Shown: positions 28,722 to 39,092 of the stretch, one piece after another | Layout: each line of letters begins with the position of its first letter | Position numbering within the stretch: position 1 is the first letter of the stretch | From: Zygnema circumcarinatum SAG 698-1b | Lineage: Eukaryota; Plantae; Zygnematophyceae | Assembly (NCBI GenBank): GCA_037447605.1 | Contig: CM074813.1 | Span: 2,604,001-2,668,000, forward strand | Length of the DNA stretch: 64,000 bases | Reading direction: 5' to 3' | The notes under the pieces: generated by a model | Told to the model about the DNA's origin: nothing | The model's input: the letters and a program-made list of their open reading frames with translations, nothing else | Databases searched by the model: none | Made by a program: the position numbers and the translations under genes

Positions 28722-31140
28722 TTTTGGGCGGCGGGCAGGAGAGAAAAAAAGGGGAGGAGGGGAGAGTACACGGAGGAGGGGTTCAGGGGCATTTTCAATT
28801 TTTTTTTTTTCTTTTCAGCGCAGCAGAAGAAGAAGCAGAAGAAGGTCGGCAAAGAGGAGCTCCCCCAACTTTTTTTTTTTCAGCAGAAAGCAAATAAGTT
28901 CTTTGAAGGCGGCGGCTCGGAATGTAGGACATGGCGCAGGAAGGAGGAGGGAGGAGCCTAGGGTTTAGGGCAGGAGGGTTCAGGAGCCCATTCAGGAGCT
29001 TCAACAATTTCAACAATTTCGGCAAAATTTGGCAAAATTTCATTTTGATCATTGATCAAATCGATCGGCCGTTCTCTTTATCCGCTCGACGACAAAGCTT
29101 TCCTCTTTTTGTAATTAGTCGGGCGCAGTCTGGAGCAGGATAGGGGGGCGGGCAGGTCTCGAAAACCTTTCAAATTATTTCATTTCAGGCATAGTTTCTT
29201 TCCGTTCTTTTTTTTTTTTTTTCTGGCAAAAGTTTTTGGGGTTGGCGCGCGCTTGTAGCGGGGAGGCGGAGGGAGACCGTTTTTGATGTACAGCAGCATT
29301 CAATCGGACACATTGAATAGAAAAATTGGCTTCAATTCAATAACTTGAGAAAAATATTTAAAATTTGGCAATGCATTTGAGTGACTCTTCTATGGAAATT
29401 GGGCTTTGGATGTTTACTTAAAATTTTAGGGCTCATGCGCAAGTTAACCTAAAAAAAAAGCCATGAAGGGAAAAGTTTGGCCAATTTGCAGTCTATAAAG
29501 TTACTCAGGTTATCGCTATCAAATTTACAGCATGGTGATGGCTTTAAATCGAAGGGCTTAAACCCTAGGGTTTAAGAAACTTTGTGAACTTTAGGTTAAC
29601 TTTGGCGAAACTAAAAAATGAAACCTAAAGCTGATCGTCAGAGAGAATGGGTTGAACTTCAAAAAATCATGGCTTTAAGTCATTACGTGATCGGGAACCA
29701 CGAGGACAGAACTGTACGAATCTGTACAACATTTGTACGGAAACGTACCCCATTTTAGCGTTCGAGCCCTATTTTTTCTTAAGAAAATATTTATATATTC
29801 CCCTGAACGGTTTTCCGGTCGAGCGGTTTCCGGCGACGGCCCGCTTTTTGTCGTTTAGCCGCCCGGCTTTTGCGATTCCGCAAAACGACAGGACGCAGCT
29901 GACATCAAAGCGCGCGATTTTGAAGCGTCCAGTCGTTGCATGTCACTGACATTTTGGACCAATCAGAGCGCAGAACGGGCCAGACCGTACGGACACGGCG
30001 GTTAGGGCCACAGAAAAAACTTGTCAGTTAGTGAAGAATTTGAATTGGAGCTTTGGGCGGCACTTTTGGGGGTCTTGTATGCCACCTGGCACGCTGTCAG
30101 AGGCTAGTTGGCCCGAAAAATAAGGTTTAGCTGACACGTGGCATTCCAGCTCGGATCCGCAAAATCCGGCACGACGCACATGGATTCTGAAAGACCTCAA
30201 GATGCGGAAATGTCGGTGCCGTGATTTTCGGAGATGGGGAAACGACAAAACATCGTCGGGTTCAACGGAGGGGAGAGGGTGCTCACAAGTGCTGGAAAGC
30301 GCAAGAGGACAAAACTTCCGGTCAAGAACGCGTTCCCATCTGGGACTTTCTTGACCGGGAGAGACGGGACGTGACGGGGCGGCTCTTGGAATTCCGTGGC
30401 GACAGTTCATCGGAAATTCGCGTCGGAAACCGAATTACTGGAAAAACTAGAAGAAAATCTTTGACCGGCGATTCGGAATCCAATCGTCGGCGCATCCGTG
30501 TTGTACGGAACAAAAGCAAGCTGGCATCGGATTGTACGGTGTAGCATTTTCATGCTCCGTACGGTACCGTACCATTTTGGTGCTTTCACATGACAGTTTC
30601 ACGTGGCGTAGCTCATGGCGGATCTCTGTTGCAGCGTCCAGTTCCGTCACGAGTTTCGGGGCACTGAACTGCGCATAGCTGACGCCGTCCGCACCGCACG
30701 CACGCTTTAGTCGCATCCATGGGGCGCGTTGGGAAGTTTGGAGGCCATGGCCATGGCATCGCTCCGAGCAGCGTCCATATGTTACGTATGAGGCGAAAGG
30801 TGCAAGCCGATCCGCCGTTCGGTTGATCTGAAAGCATGGATGATGCCATGGGGGCCAGGGGGACATGCGCCGTCATCATGGCTCGTGGACGCCGTTTGGA
30901 ATGAAGACCACGGCTTGGTCGATTGCTGTACACATTTAACGCAGCCGAGTACTATATTCACATTTGGCTAACCCTAATAGGCTATCGGTGGTTGCCTCTG
31001 CGCCTCTCCCCTTGCAAAGCGGCCAATCAACATCCGCATTGGGACCACGCTAACATTAACGTGAAAAATAACATCAATAAGAACATGACATGAGCCATCC
31101 GGCGGCTTCGCGCGATATGTACAGGGGAGGGCGGCGGCTG

Positions 31141-31926
31141 TCACGTCCCGCGGGCCATGTACGGATCCTTCATGAGCGTGACGATGTCGGGCCGACTTCG
31201 CTGGTCGTAGGTCAAACAACGCTTTATGAACTCCTGCGTGTGAATGGGCGGGAGGGAGAGAGAGAGAGGGGGGGAGAGAGGGAGAGTGGGTTGGGGGGGA
31301 GGAAATGGCTGTGGTAGAAGGTGAGCAAGGTTTGATGGGAGAGTTGGATAACGGAGAGAAAGAGAGACGGGAGGGAGAGAGAAAGAGAGAGAGAGAGATG
31401 GGAGAGAGAGAGAGACAGCACATGAAGCCCCATTAAAGGCGGCGCACCTTGGCTTCATTTGAGACGACAGGGTGCGCCGGAAACGTGACAGCTGTCGCCC
31501 TCCCAATGGTGCCCTCCCGCAAAATGCGCTCCTGACTTTGGCCCTCTCCAAAGGGACGCTTTCCGTACAGCATTTGGAAGAGCAGGACTCCCAGCGACCA
31601 CACGTCCACCTGGCGGACGGCCAATGGCAGGAAAGAGATTTCATTTCACTTTATGATGTTTCATTATTTATTCGGAAGGAGATAGTCCGCTGCGTTCATT
31701 TTGAGAACTCAGGGAAGGAAGAAATCACGAAAAGCTTGGAATTTAGGAGATAGCGACAGGTATTGCAGAAACATAAAGAGGTTGCAAGAAAATGGTTTCC
31801 TGAAAGGGGGTGAGGGCCTCACCTTGGAAGAGATCAGAGGCGTTTTGTGGACTTCAAAGCACTCGGGAGGGAGGTACCTGCCAGCCTCAGCACGGGCGGG
31901 AGAGAAATTGAGAGCCACACAGCGAA

Positions 31927-31960
<34 letters not shown>

Positions 31961-32664
31961 CGAGAGGCGCGCGCACCAGTAGGTCCCGGCGCCCTGCGAG
32001 GTGAGTTCGGCCTCCCCCCCTCCCTCCCCCTCCCCGTGCAGCAGTTTGCATAGGCCGAAGTCCGCGAGCGCGGCCCCCCCCCCTCCCCCCCTCCCCCTCA
32101 GCAGCACGTTCGCGGGCTTGAGGTCGAAGTGCACGACCGGCGGCCTCGCCCCCTGGAGGTGTCCGAGGGCGGCCCCGACCTGCGCCGCGAGGCCGCGCGC
32201 CTCGCGCTCGCCCACCGCGCGGCCGCCCGCCAACACCGCCTCCAGGTCGCCGCCTGGCGCCCAGGACCGAGGACGTTGACTTTTGGGGGTGTTGACTTTT
32301 GGGCGTTGACTGGGGGGGGGGTTGACTTTGGAAGGGGAGTGGGGGTGGTGTTGACTTGGGGGGGGGTGACTTTGGCCAGGGAGTGGGGGTGTGAGTGGGT
32401 TATTCAGCGGTGAGTTTTGGGAGAGGGTGGAGCTTTGGGCGTTGACTTTTGGGAGGGCGTTGAGTTTGGCCGGGGAGTGAGGGGGGGTGTGAGTGGATTA
32501 TACAGCGGTAAGTTTTGGGAGAGGGTAGAGCTTTGAACGTTGACTTTCAGGGGGGGGAGGGGGGAGTGGACTTTTGGGGGGTGGGGGTTGACGGTGAGTG
32601 GGGGGGAGGGGATAGGGGATACCGCGTGACAGCGGTCACGGGAGACGCGTGCGGAGATTTGGGG

Positions 32665-32703
<39 letters not shown>

Positions 32704-35700
32704 CGAGAGAGAGAGAGGGCCTCCTCCCACCTCCCCTCTCCCTCACCCCTGAACCCTTAACCCCCCCCCCCCTCAACCCTAAACCCAGCCCCTTCCTGAC
32801 TGACCTTCGCAGTACTCGAGCACCGTCGCGAAGGTGTCGCTGTCGATCTCGAAGGTGTCCAGGACCTGCACGATGCTGACGTGGCGCAGGCGCTTGTGCG
32901 TCTGATATTCGCGCAGGGCGTGCCGGACATAGCTCCGCTTCTTCTCCTCCGGCCAGAGGGGGTTCAGCTGGTGGAGCTTGCAGGCCACCCACCGCTGCTC
33001 CTGCAGGTCAAACGCCTGCCTCGTACAGGGAACCAAATTAGGGTTTAGGGTTTAAGCTTTCGTATTTCAGGGTTCAGGGTTTTAGAGTTTTAAGGGTCGA
33101 GGGTTTAGGGTTGTCGGGTCTGGGGTTAGGGTTTGGGTTATAGGGCTAAGGGCAATGCCCTTCTGGATTGAAGGGCCTTTGAGATTTAGAATGGGTTCGA
33201 AGCCTTCTTCAGTTGTTTCCAGATCTCTGCCATCGATCGCCAAATGTAACAAAAAAACCATGAAACCCCTCAAACTCGAAAGGCCCGACATCCCTAAAAT
33301 CCCCCTAAAACCCTAAAAACCCTAAAACCCTAAACCCCTAAACCCCTGTTTCCCAGAGTGGCCCCTAACCTCTCCCCCCACCTTGAACACCTCCGAAAAG
33401 CCCCCCTTCCCTAGCAGGTTGAGCAGCGCGTAGCGGCGGTGCAGGACGGGGCAGGCCTTGAACCGCGACCCGTCCTCGTCGCGGACCCTCTTCACCTCCC
33501 GCGCGTGCGCCGCCCGCTCGCGCTCGTACCGCTCGCGCTCAAGCAGGGCCGCCTCCTCCTCCTGGGGGGGGTGCAGGCGAAGGGTAGGGGGGTAGGGTTT
33601 AAGGATTAGGGTTTAGGATTTAGGGGTTAGGATTTAGGGTTTAAGGTTTAGCGTTTAGGGTTTAAGGTTGGTTTCGGATTTAGGGTTTGGGGTTTAGGGT
33701 TTAGAGTTTAGGGTTTAGGGTTTAGGGTTTAGGGTTTAGGGTTTAGGGTTAGAGTTTAGGGTTTAGGGTCGGTTTCGGGTTTAGGGTTTAGGGTTTAAGG
33801 TTTAGGGTTTAGGGTTTAAGGTTTAGAGTTTAGGGTTTAGTGTTTAGGTTAGGGTATAGGGTTTAAGGTTTAGGGTTTAGGGTTTAGGGTTTAGGGTTTA
33901 GGGTTAGGGTTTAGGGTTTAGGGCTTAGGGTTTAGGGTTTAGGGTTTAGGGTTTAGAGTTTAGGGTTTAGGGTTTAAGGTTTAAGGTTTAGGGTTTAGGG
34001 TTTAGGGTTTAGGGTTTAGGGTCGGTTTCGGGATTAGGGTTTAGGGTTTAGGGTTTAAGGTTTAGGGTTTAGGGTTTAAGGTTTAGAGTTTAGGGTTTAG
34101 GGTATAGGGTATAGGGTATAGGGTTTAAGGTTTAGGGTTTAGGGTTTAGGGTTTAGGTTTAGGGTTTAGGGTTTAGGGTTAGGGTTTAGGGTTTAGGGTC
34201 GGTTTCGGGTTCAGGGTTTAGGGTTTAGGGTTTAAGGTTTAGAATATAGGGTTTAAGGTTTATAGTTTAGGGTTTAATATTTAAGGTTTAAGGTTGGTTT
34301 CGGGTTTAAGGTTTAGGGTTTAGGGTTTAGGGTTTCGGGTCAGGGTTTGGGGTTTAAGGTTAAGAGTTTAGGGTTTAGGGTTTAGGGTTTCGGGTTTAGG
34401 GTTTAGGATATAGGGCTTAGGGGTTAGGGTTTAGTGAGTAGGGTTAGGGTTTAGTGTTTAGGGTTTAAGGTTTACTGTTTAGGGTTTAGATTTTTTGGGA
34501 GGCTTACAAGGGCAAGTTCAGGGGCTTCGTGTCATAGGGTTTTTGAAGTTTGGGGATTTCAATAGGAGGAGGTGCGGAATTCGAACCCGCTTCAATGCGA
34601 ACAGTCGCGTTTTGTAGATCTCCTCCCCGACCCAATCCTCCTCCTCCTCCTTAGACCGCTCCTTCTCGGATGCTTCCTTTTGATCTGAGAGGGATAAATC
34701 GGTCGTTGGAATCAAATACGGGCGAAAGAGAGAGAGAGAGAGGGAGAGAGAGGGAGAGAGAGGGAGAGGGAGAGGGAGAGAGAGAGTTAGAGAAGTACGG
34801 CATTCCATTCAGTACAATATATGAGAGAAACAAAAACCAGGTCCTTGCATAGTATGCAACTTCACCTTTTTGCTGCCGCGGGGAACTTTTTTGTTGTCTC
34901 TCCAACAGTTCCTTTTCCTGCATGATCGAATTCTGCTCGCCATCCCACAACTCAATAAATAAATAAATAAAGAGAGAAATTTGAGCAACTCGTTCAGGAC
35001 AACAATGTAAACAAGCCAAAAGCGCAGTTCACGGGAAGATAAAGCAATCCTTGTGTTCGAAAAAAGCCCTAAAAGAAAAAGTCAAAACATTCGAGAGATA
35101 AAAAAATATAATGGCAGGAAAATGTTACCAGTCGCGCTTGAATGTCTTTATACACTTGGCCCTCCTCCCAAACCTCCGAAATCATACTGCCCACTCTGCA
35201 GCCCATCTCAAAACCCTAATTACAAAACCCTCATTAAAAACCCCTAATTTCAAAAACCCTCATTACAAAACCCTAATTTCAAAAACCCTCATTACAAACC
35301 CCTACTTTCGAAAACCCTCACTACAAACCTATAATTTCAAAAACCCTCATTACAAAACCCTAATTTCAAAAACCCTCACTAAATAACCCTTATTTCAACA
35401 GAATACTTCCCAGGACCCTAATCCCCCTTACCCTACTTAGTGAAGCCGAACCGAGCGAAACGGAAGGTAACGGAACAAGGCAGCATGGAACGGGCCAAAA
35501 TGTGGAACGGTGTTCCATGTAACGCGTACCGTTGGACGCCGACATTTCCCAGTCGAACGGAATTCAGTTGCAGGCGAAGGCGTGCCATGCTTCGCTCCGT
35601 TTGGGCGGCCGCCACGAGGATCTCGGACAGAACTCTGATCCGCTGGAGATTCGAATAAAGACAAAAGTACAACAACAAATGTTGCACTTCAGAATTTAGT

Positions 35701-37804
35701 TTCTGAGTTTCCTTAAGGGAAAAGAAGAAAATGAGGGAAAGAGAGAAAGAGCTAGAAAGGGAAAATCGATAAAAAAAAACAAATAACAGTGGAAAGCAAA
35801 AAATGACCTCTTGTTCCCTGCTTTTATGTTCGGCTCGGAGCTGCTCCAACTCCTGCTAACCCCCACCCCCCACGAAAATGGAGAGAATAAGGAAAAAGAA
35901 AAAAAATAGAAAAGAATTCCGTGTAAACCGGGAAGGCGACTTTTTGATTCTCTAGGTAATGCAAGAGGCCACTTTGTTCCAAACACATTTTTGCAATACT
36001 TATCGCTCCCGCGAGCGCAGCCCCTCACCTTCTCCTTCTCCGCCTCCACGATCCGAAGGCGCTCCTTCATCGACTCAAGCTCGTCCTGAAACAAGAACTT
36101 CACGGTCTCAATATGAAAGTCTCCTAAACAGCATTTCTCTCTCTCTCTCTCTCTCTGCTATCCGTATTTTCCCCTACAACTATCCCTCCCCCCCACCCTT
36201 GTCCCTTCTCTCTCCCCTGCCCTTATCCTGCCCCATCCACCTTTCCCTGCCTTTCTCACTCCCTCCCTCCCTCCTTCCCTCCCTCCTTCCCCTCCATTCC
36301 TACCTGCAACTTCCTCCTTTCGTCATTCCACCGCCCTTCAGCAGCTTGCAGGAGCAAACCCTGCAGGCACCCTCCAAGAAAGTTAATATATTTTTGTTGC
36401 CTTGTGGTGCTTTCTGACTCGAGCGTGCCACCCCACCACTTTAAAGTCAAATTCTCTTACTGTCACCTTTTTGACGCTGTGTCCATTACTTCAACCCTGC
36501 AGAGATAGCCTTCCAAAAAAAGAAAAAAAACAAGAATGGGAGGGAGGAATACTCAAAATGAGTAGGGGAAAGGAACGGAGGAAGAGGGAGAGAGAGCATG
36601 CAGCCAATCAAAAGCGACAAATTAAAAAACTGATACTGATTGCCACGTGGCACGCTCACCTCGCTCTGCGATGCCACCTGTCCTCGCCAGATGCTGCCAC
36701 CTGGCACCCCTTTCTCGTGCTCTGCGCCCTTCTCCTGTCCGGCAGCAACCCTATCCCCTTGCACTTCAAAATCTAAAAAAAAAAACATCAAATAAATGAA
36801 GAGAGCGGGAAAATGGAAGGGGGGGTAAAGTAGGGGATAAAGTCTCAGCTGACCATTTCCATGTAAAAGCTACTGTTCCCAGCGTTAGCCAATCTGGCGC
36901 TGCCACCTGGCAGACCCCTGCCACCTGGCATGCGCTCTCCAGGAGCTTCCCGGGACTCCGCGTCCTGCGGTCAAATACCGTACAGTTTAAGATTTAGGGT
37001 TTATGGCTTAGCGTTTTTAGTGTTTCGGGATTGGGGTTCAGGGTTTAGAGTTTCAGGTTGAGAGTTTATTTAAAGTTCAGGGTTCAGAGTTTAGGGTTTA
37101 GGGCCCTTCCCTTTCCCGCCCCTCTCCCTCTCCCTCTCCCCCCCAGACATATCATTTGATTAGTTTTCACTGCAAATTCAAACAAGGTACTCATTTCTCA
37201 TTTTCATTTTTTTTTTCTCTTTTTCCTCATTTCCATTTTTTATTCCACTCTCCTCTCGACATGTGGAGGTTCTCACAGGCAATCCGAGCGCCTCCTCCCC
37301 TCCTTCTCCCGCACATCCAAGGAATTTTCGCTTTTTCGGATTTGGCAAAATCGAAAAATAATTCGGTTCCTGCATCTCCGCACGGGCTAGAATAGTTAAT
37401 AATTTCACTGCTTTCCTAACTTACTTGCCCATTTTTCGTTCTCCCAGGTCCCTCCGAAGAGAAGCGACAAGTAAAACATGCGAAGAGGAATTAAAGCTAC
37501 AAAAAGTAAAATGTTTCACCTCGTCGTCCGAGTCAGAAGCCGCCAGCTGTTGTCCAGATGTCCCGGAAAATGTCATCTGATGTGGCAGCACGCCATTGGC
37601 TGTGGAGCCCTCGGAGAATGCCACGTCAGCGCTGCGCTCCCCGGAAAGAGGCGCCATGGGAGAGACGCCCGCCATGCGCGCCTCCAAGCGTGCGAGCTTC
37701 TCCACGTGGCACTCTGGTAGGCTGCCACGTGGCAGGGCACCGATCGGCAGAGACCGCCTGGAGGGGAAGGAGGGGGAAGGCTCTGATGATGTTTTTGCTG
37801 CCAT
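31141..37804 (-). CDS. TSL: TOUSLED-like Ser/Thr kinase (multi-exon)
   Basis: N-terminal EKLARLEARMAG; VRDEDGSRF...YALLNLLGKGGFSEVFK|AFDLQEQRWVACKLH...WPEEKKRSYVRHA; HFDLKPAN; DFG; ELTSQGAGTYWYLPPECFE; SSKVDVWS...GKRPFGEGQSQERILRE; IKRCLTY; stop at 31141-31143. Confidence 0.96.
32276..32600. repeat. TTGACT/G-run array in a TSL intron, with a ~95-bp internal duplication
   Basis: TTGACT at 32276, 32292, 32306, 32322, 32351, 32442, 32540 separated by G-runs. Confidence 0.75.
33594..34492 (+). repeat. Interstitial telomeric array (TTTAGGG)n with variants inside TSL intron 33562-34586
   Basis: About 900 bp of TTTAGGG/TTTAAGG/TTTAGAG/TTAGGG/TATAGGG units with recurring GT(C/T)GGTTTCGG spacers; TSL exons continue in phase on both sides. 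Confidence 0.97.
35213..35395. repeat. 29-bp telobox-like minisatellite (AAAAACCCTCATTACAAAACCCTAATTTC) in a TSL intron
   Basis: CCCTCA(T/C)TA at 35228, 35257, 35286, 35315, 35344, 35373. Confidence 0.9.
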
Positions 37805-38031
37805 GGTGAGGGGGAGGGAGGGAGGGAGGAAGAAGGAAAGAGGGAGGGAAGGAGAGAGGGAGGGAGGGAGGGAGAGAGGGAGGGAGGGAGGGAGGGAGGG
37901 AGGGAGGGAAGGAAAGAGAGGACCTCGGGGGCGGGGGAGAGCTTGGAAGGGAGGAAGGAAGAGGGTGAAATTTAAAGTTTTGGCGGGAAAAGCGTTGCTT
38001 GCTGGAACTGCTGATGCGTGCGAGGTCAATG

Positions 38032-38083
38032 TGACGTCAGCCTTATGCAACCGTGCTAGTACAATGACGTCATTGTGACGTCA
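38032..38083. promoter_or_regulatory. TGACGTCA palindrome cluster (as-1/ocs-like) in the TSL / coiled-coil divergent promoter
   Basis: TGACGTCA at 38032, 38065 and 38076; 16-bp palindrome ACAATGACGTCATTGT at 38061-38076. Confidence 0.55.
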
Positions 38084-38155
38084 TATCATTGACGGACTCC
38101 AACAGCATGGAATCGAGTCTGCAAGTGCGACAAACGGCGAACCAGGTTTGGGGTA

Positions 38156-38249
38156 TGCGGTTTGCGGTTTGTGGTTTGCGGTTTGCGGTTTGTGGTTTGC
38201 GGTTTGCGGTTTGCGGTTTGCGGTTTGCGGTTTGCGGTTTGCGGTTTGC
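38156..38249. repeat. Heptamer tandem repeat (TTTGCGG)n, ~13 copies
   Basis: Direct reading; two TTTGTGG variants. Confidence 0.95.
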
Positions 38250-38436
38250 TGATTTTCAACGAGTTGTTTTTCTGTCCATGATGACGTCCATCTGGAAGAG
38301 CGGCCAACGGGGACGCGACACGTCGCAAGTTGACATGGCGAAAACGACGCCGAGCGAGCCAATGGATGCTGCCGCCCAAAGTATGCGGTTTGTCAAACTT
38401 GTTAGTTTCTATTTGAAAATCTGACATTCATCATTA

Positions 38437-38593
38437 GGGGGTGTCAGACTTAACAAAATCTTACGAAAAGCGTTACGAAAAAAAAGGTTACGAAAGTACT
38501 CCGCCGCAGGAGGATCGCGATAATACTGGAGTACTCGTTCTGATGTCAAACTTACGAACACGCGTACTGAAATTTTTTAAGTCTGACACCCCC
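38437..38593. mobile_element. Candidate MITE, 157 bp, 17-bp perfect TIR GGGGGTGTCAGACTTAA, TA flanking both ends
   Basis: GGGGGTGTCAGACTTAA at 38437-38453 and its reverse complement at 38577-38593; TA at 38435-36 and 38594-95; no coding capacity. Confidence 0.75.
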
Positions 38594-39092
38594 TATTCAT
38601 TCATGACATTCATTCATCTGATAATTTGCTTGGTTCCGTGGCTTTACGTTAGTGGGTTTTGAGCGAGGCCAGAGGGCTATTCTGCAGGCAGGGTTTAGGG
38701 TTGACGTCACTTTCACCTGACTCTACGGAACGGGATATCAGTACATTACGGGAAACTGCGGGGAGAGAAACCGTACATGTGGTGCGTGCAAACCCTAAAA
38801 GCCCTGGGCGGACGGACGAGGGAGAGCGAGAGGGGTAAGGGAGAGGAAGAGGGAGAGAGAGAGGAGAGGCCTGAGGGAGGGAAAGGGGGAGGGGACGAGG
38901 AGAGAGAGGGAGAGGGAGGGGGGGGTGGGAATGGGAGAGGAGAGAGGGGGAGAGGAGAGAGAGGGAGAGGGAGAGAGAGAAGGAGAGGGAGAGGGAGAGG
39001 GAGAGGGCGAGGGCGTGGAGAGAGGGAGAGAGAGAGGAGAGAAAGGCAGAGGGAGAGGTAGAGGCAGATGGCGAGGAGAGACAGAGAGGGAG

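Noticed and set aside
33594-34492. True chromosome end or telomere
   Set aside because: TSL exons continue in phase on both sides, so the array is interstitial.
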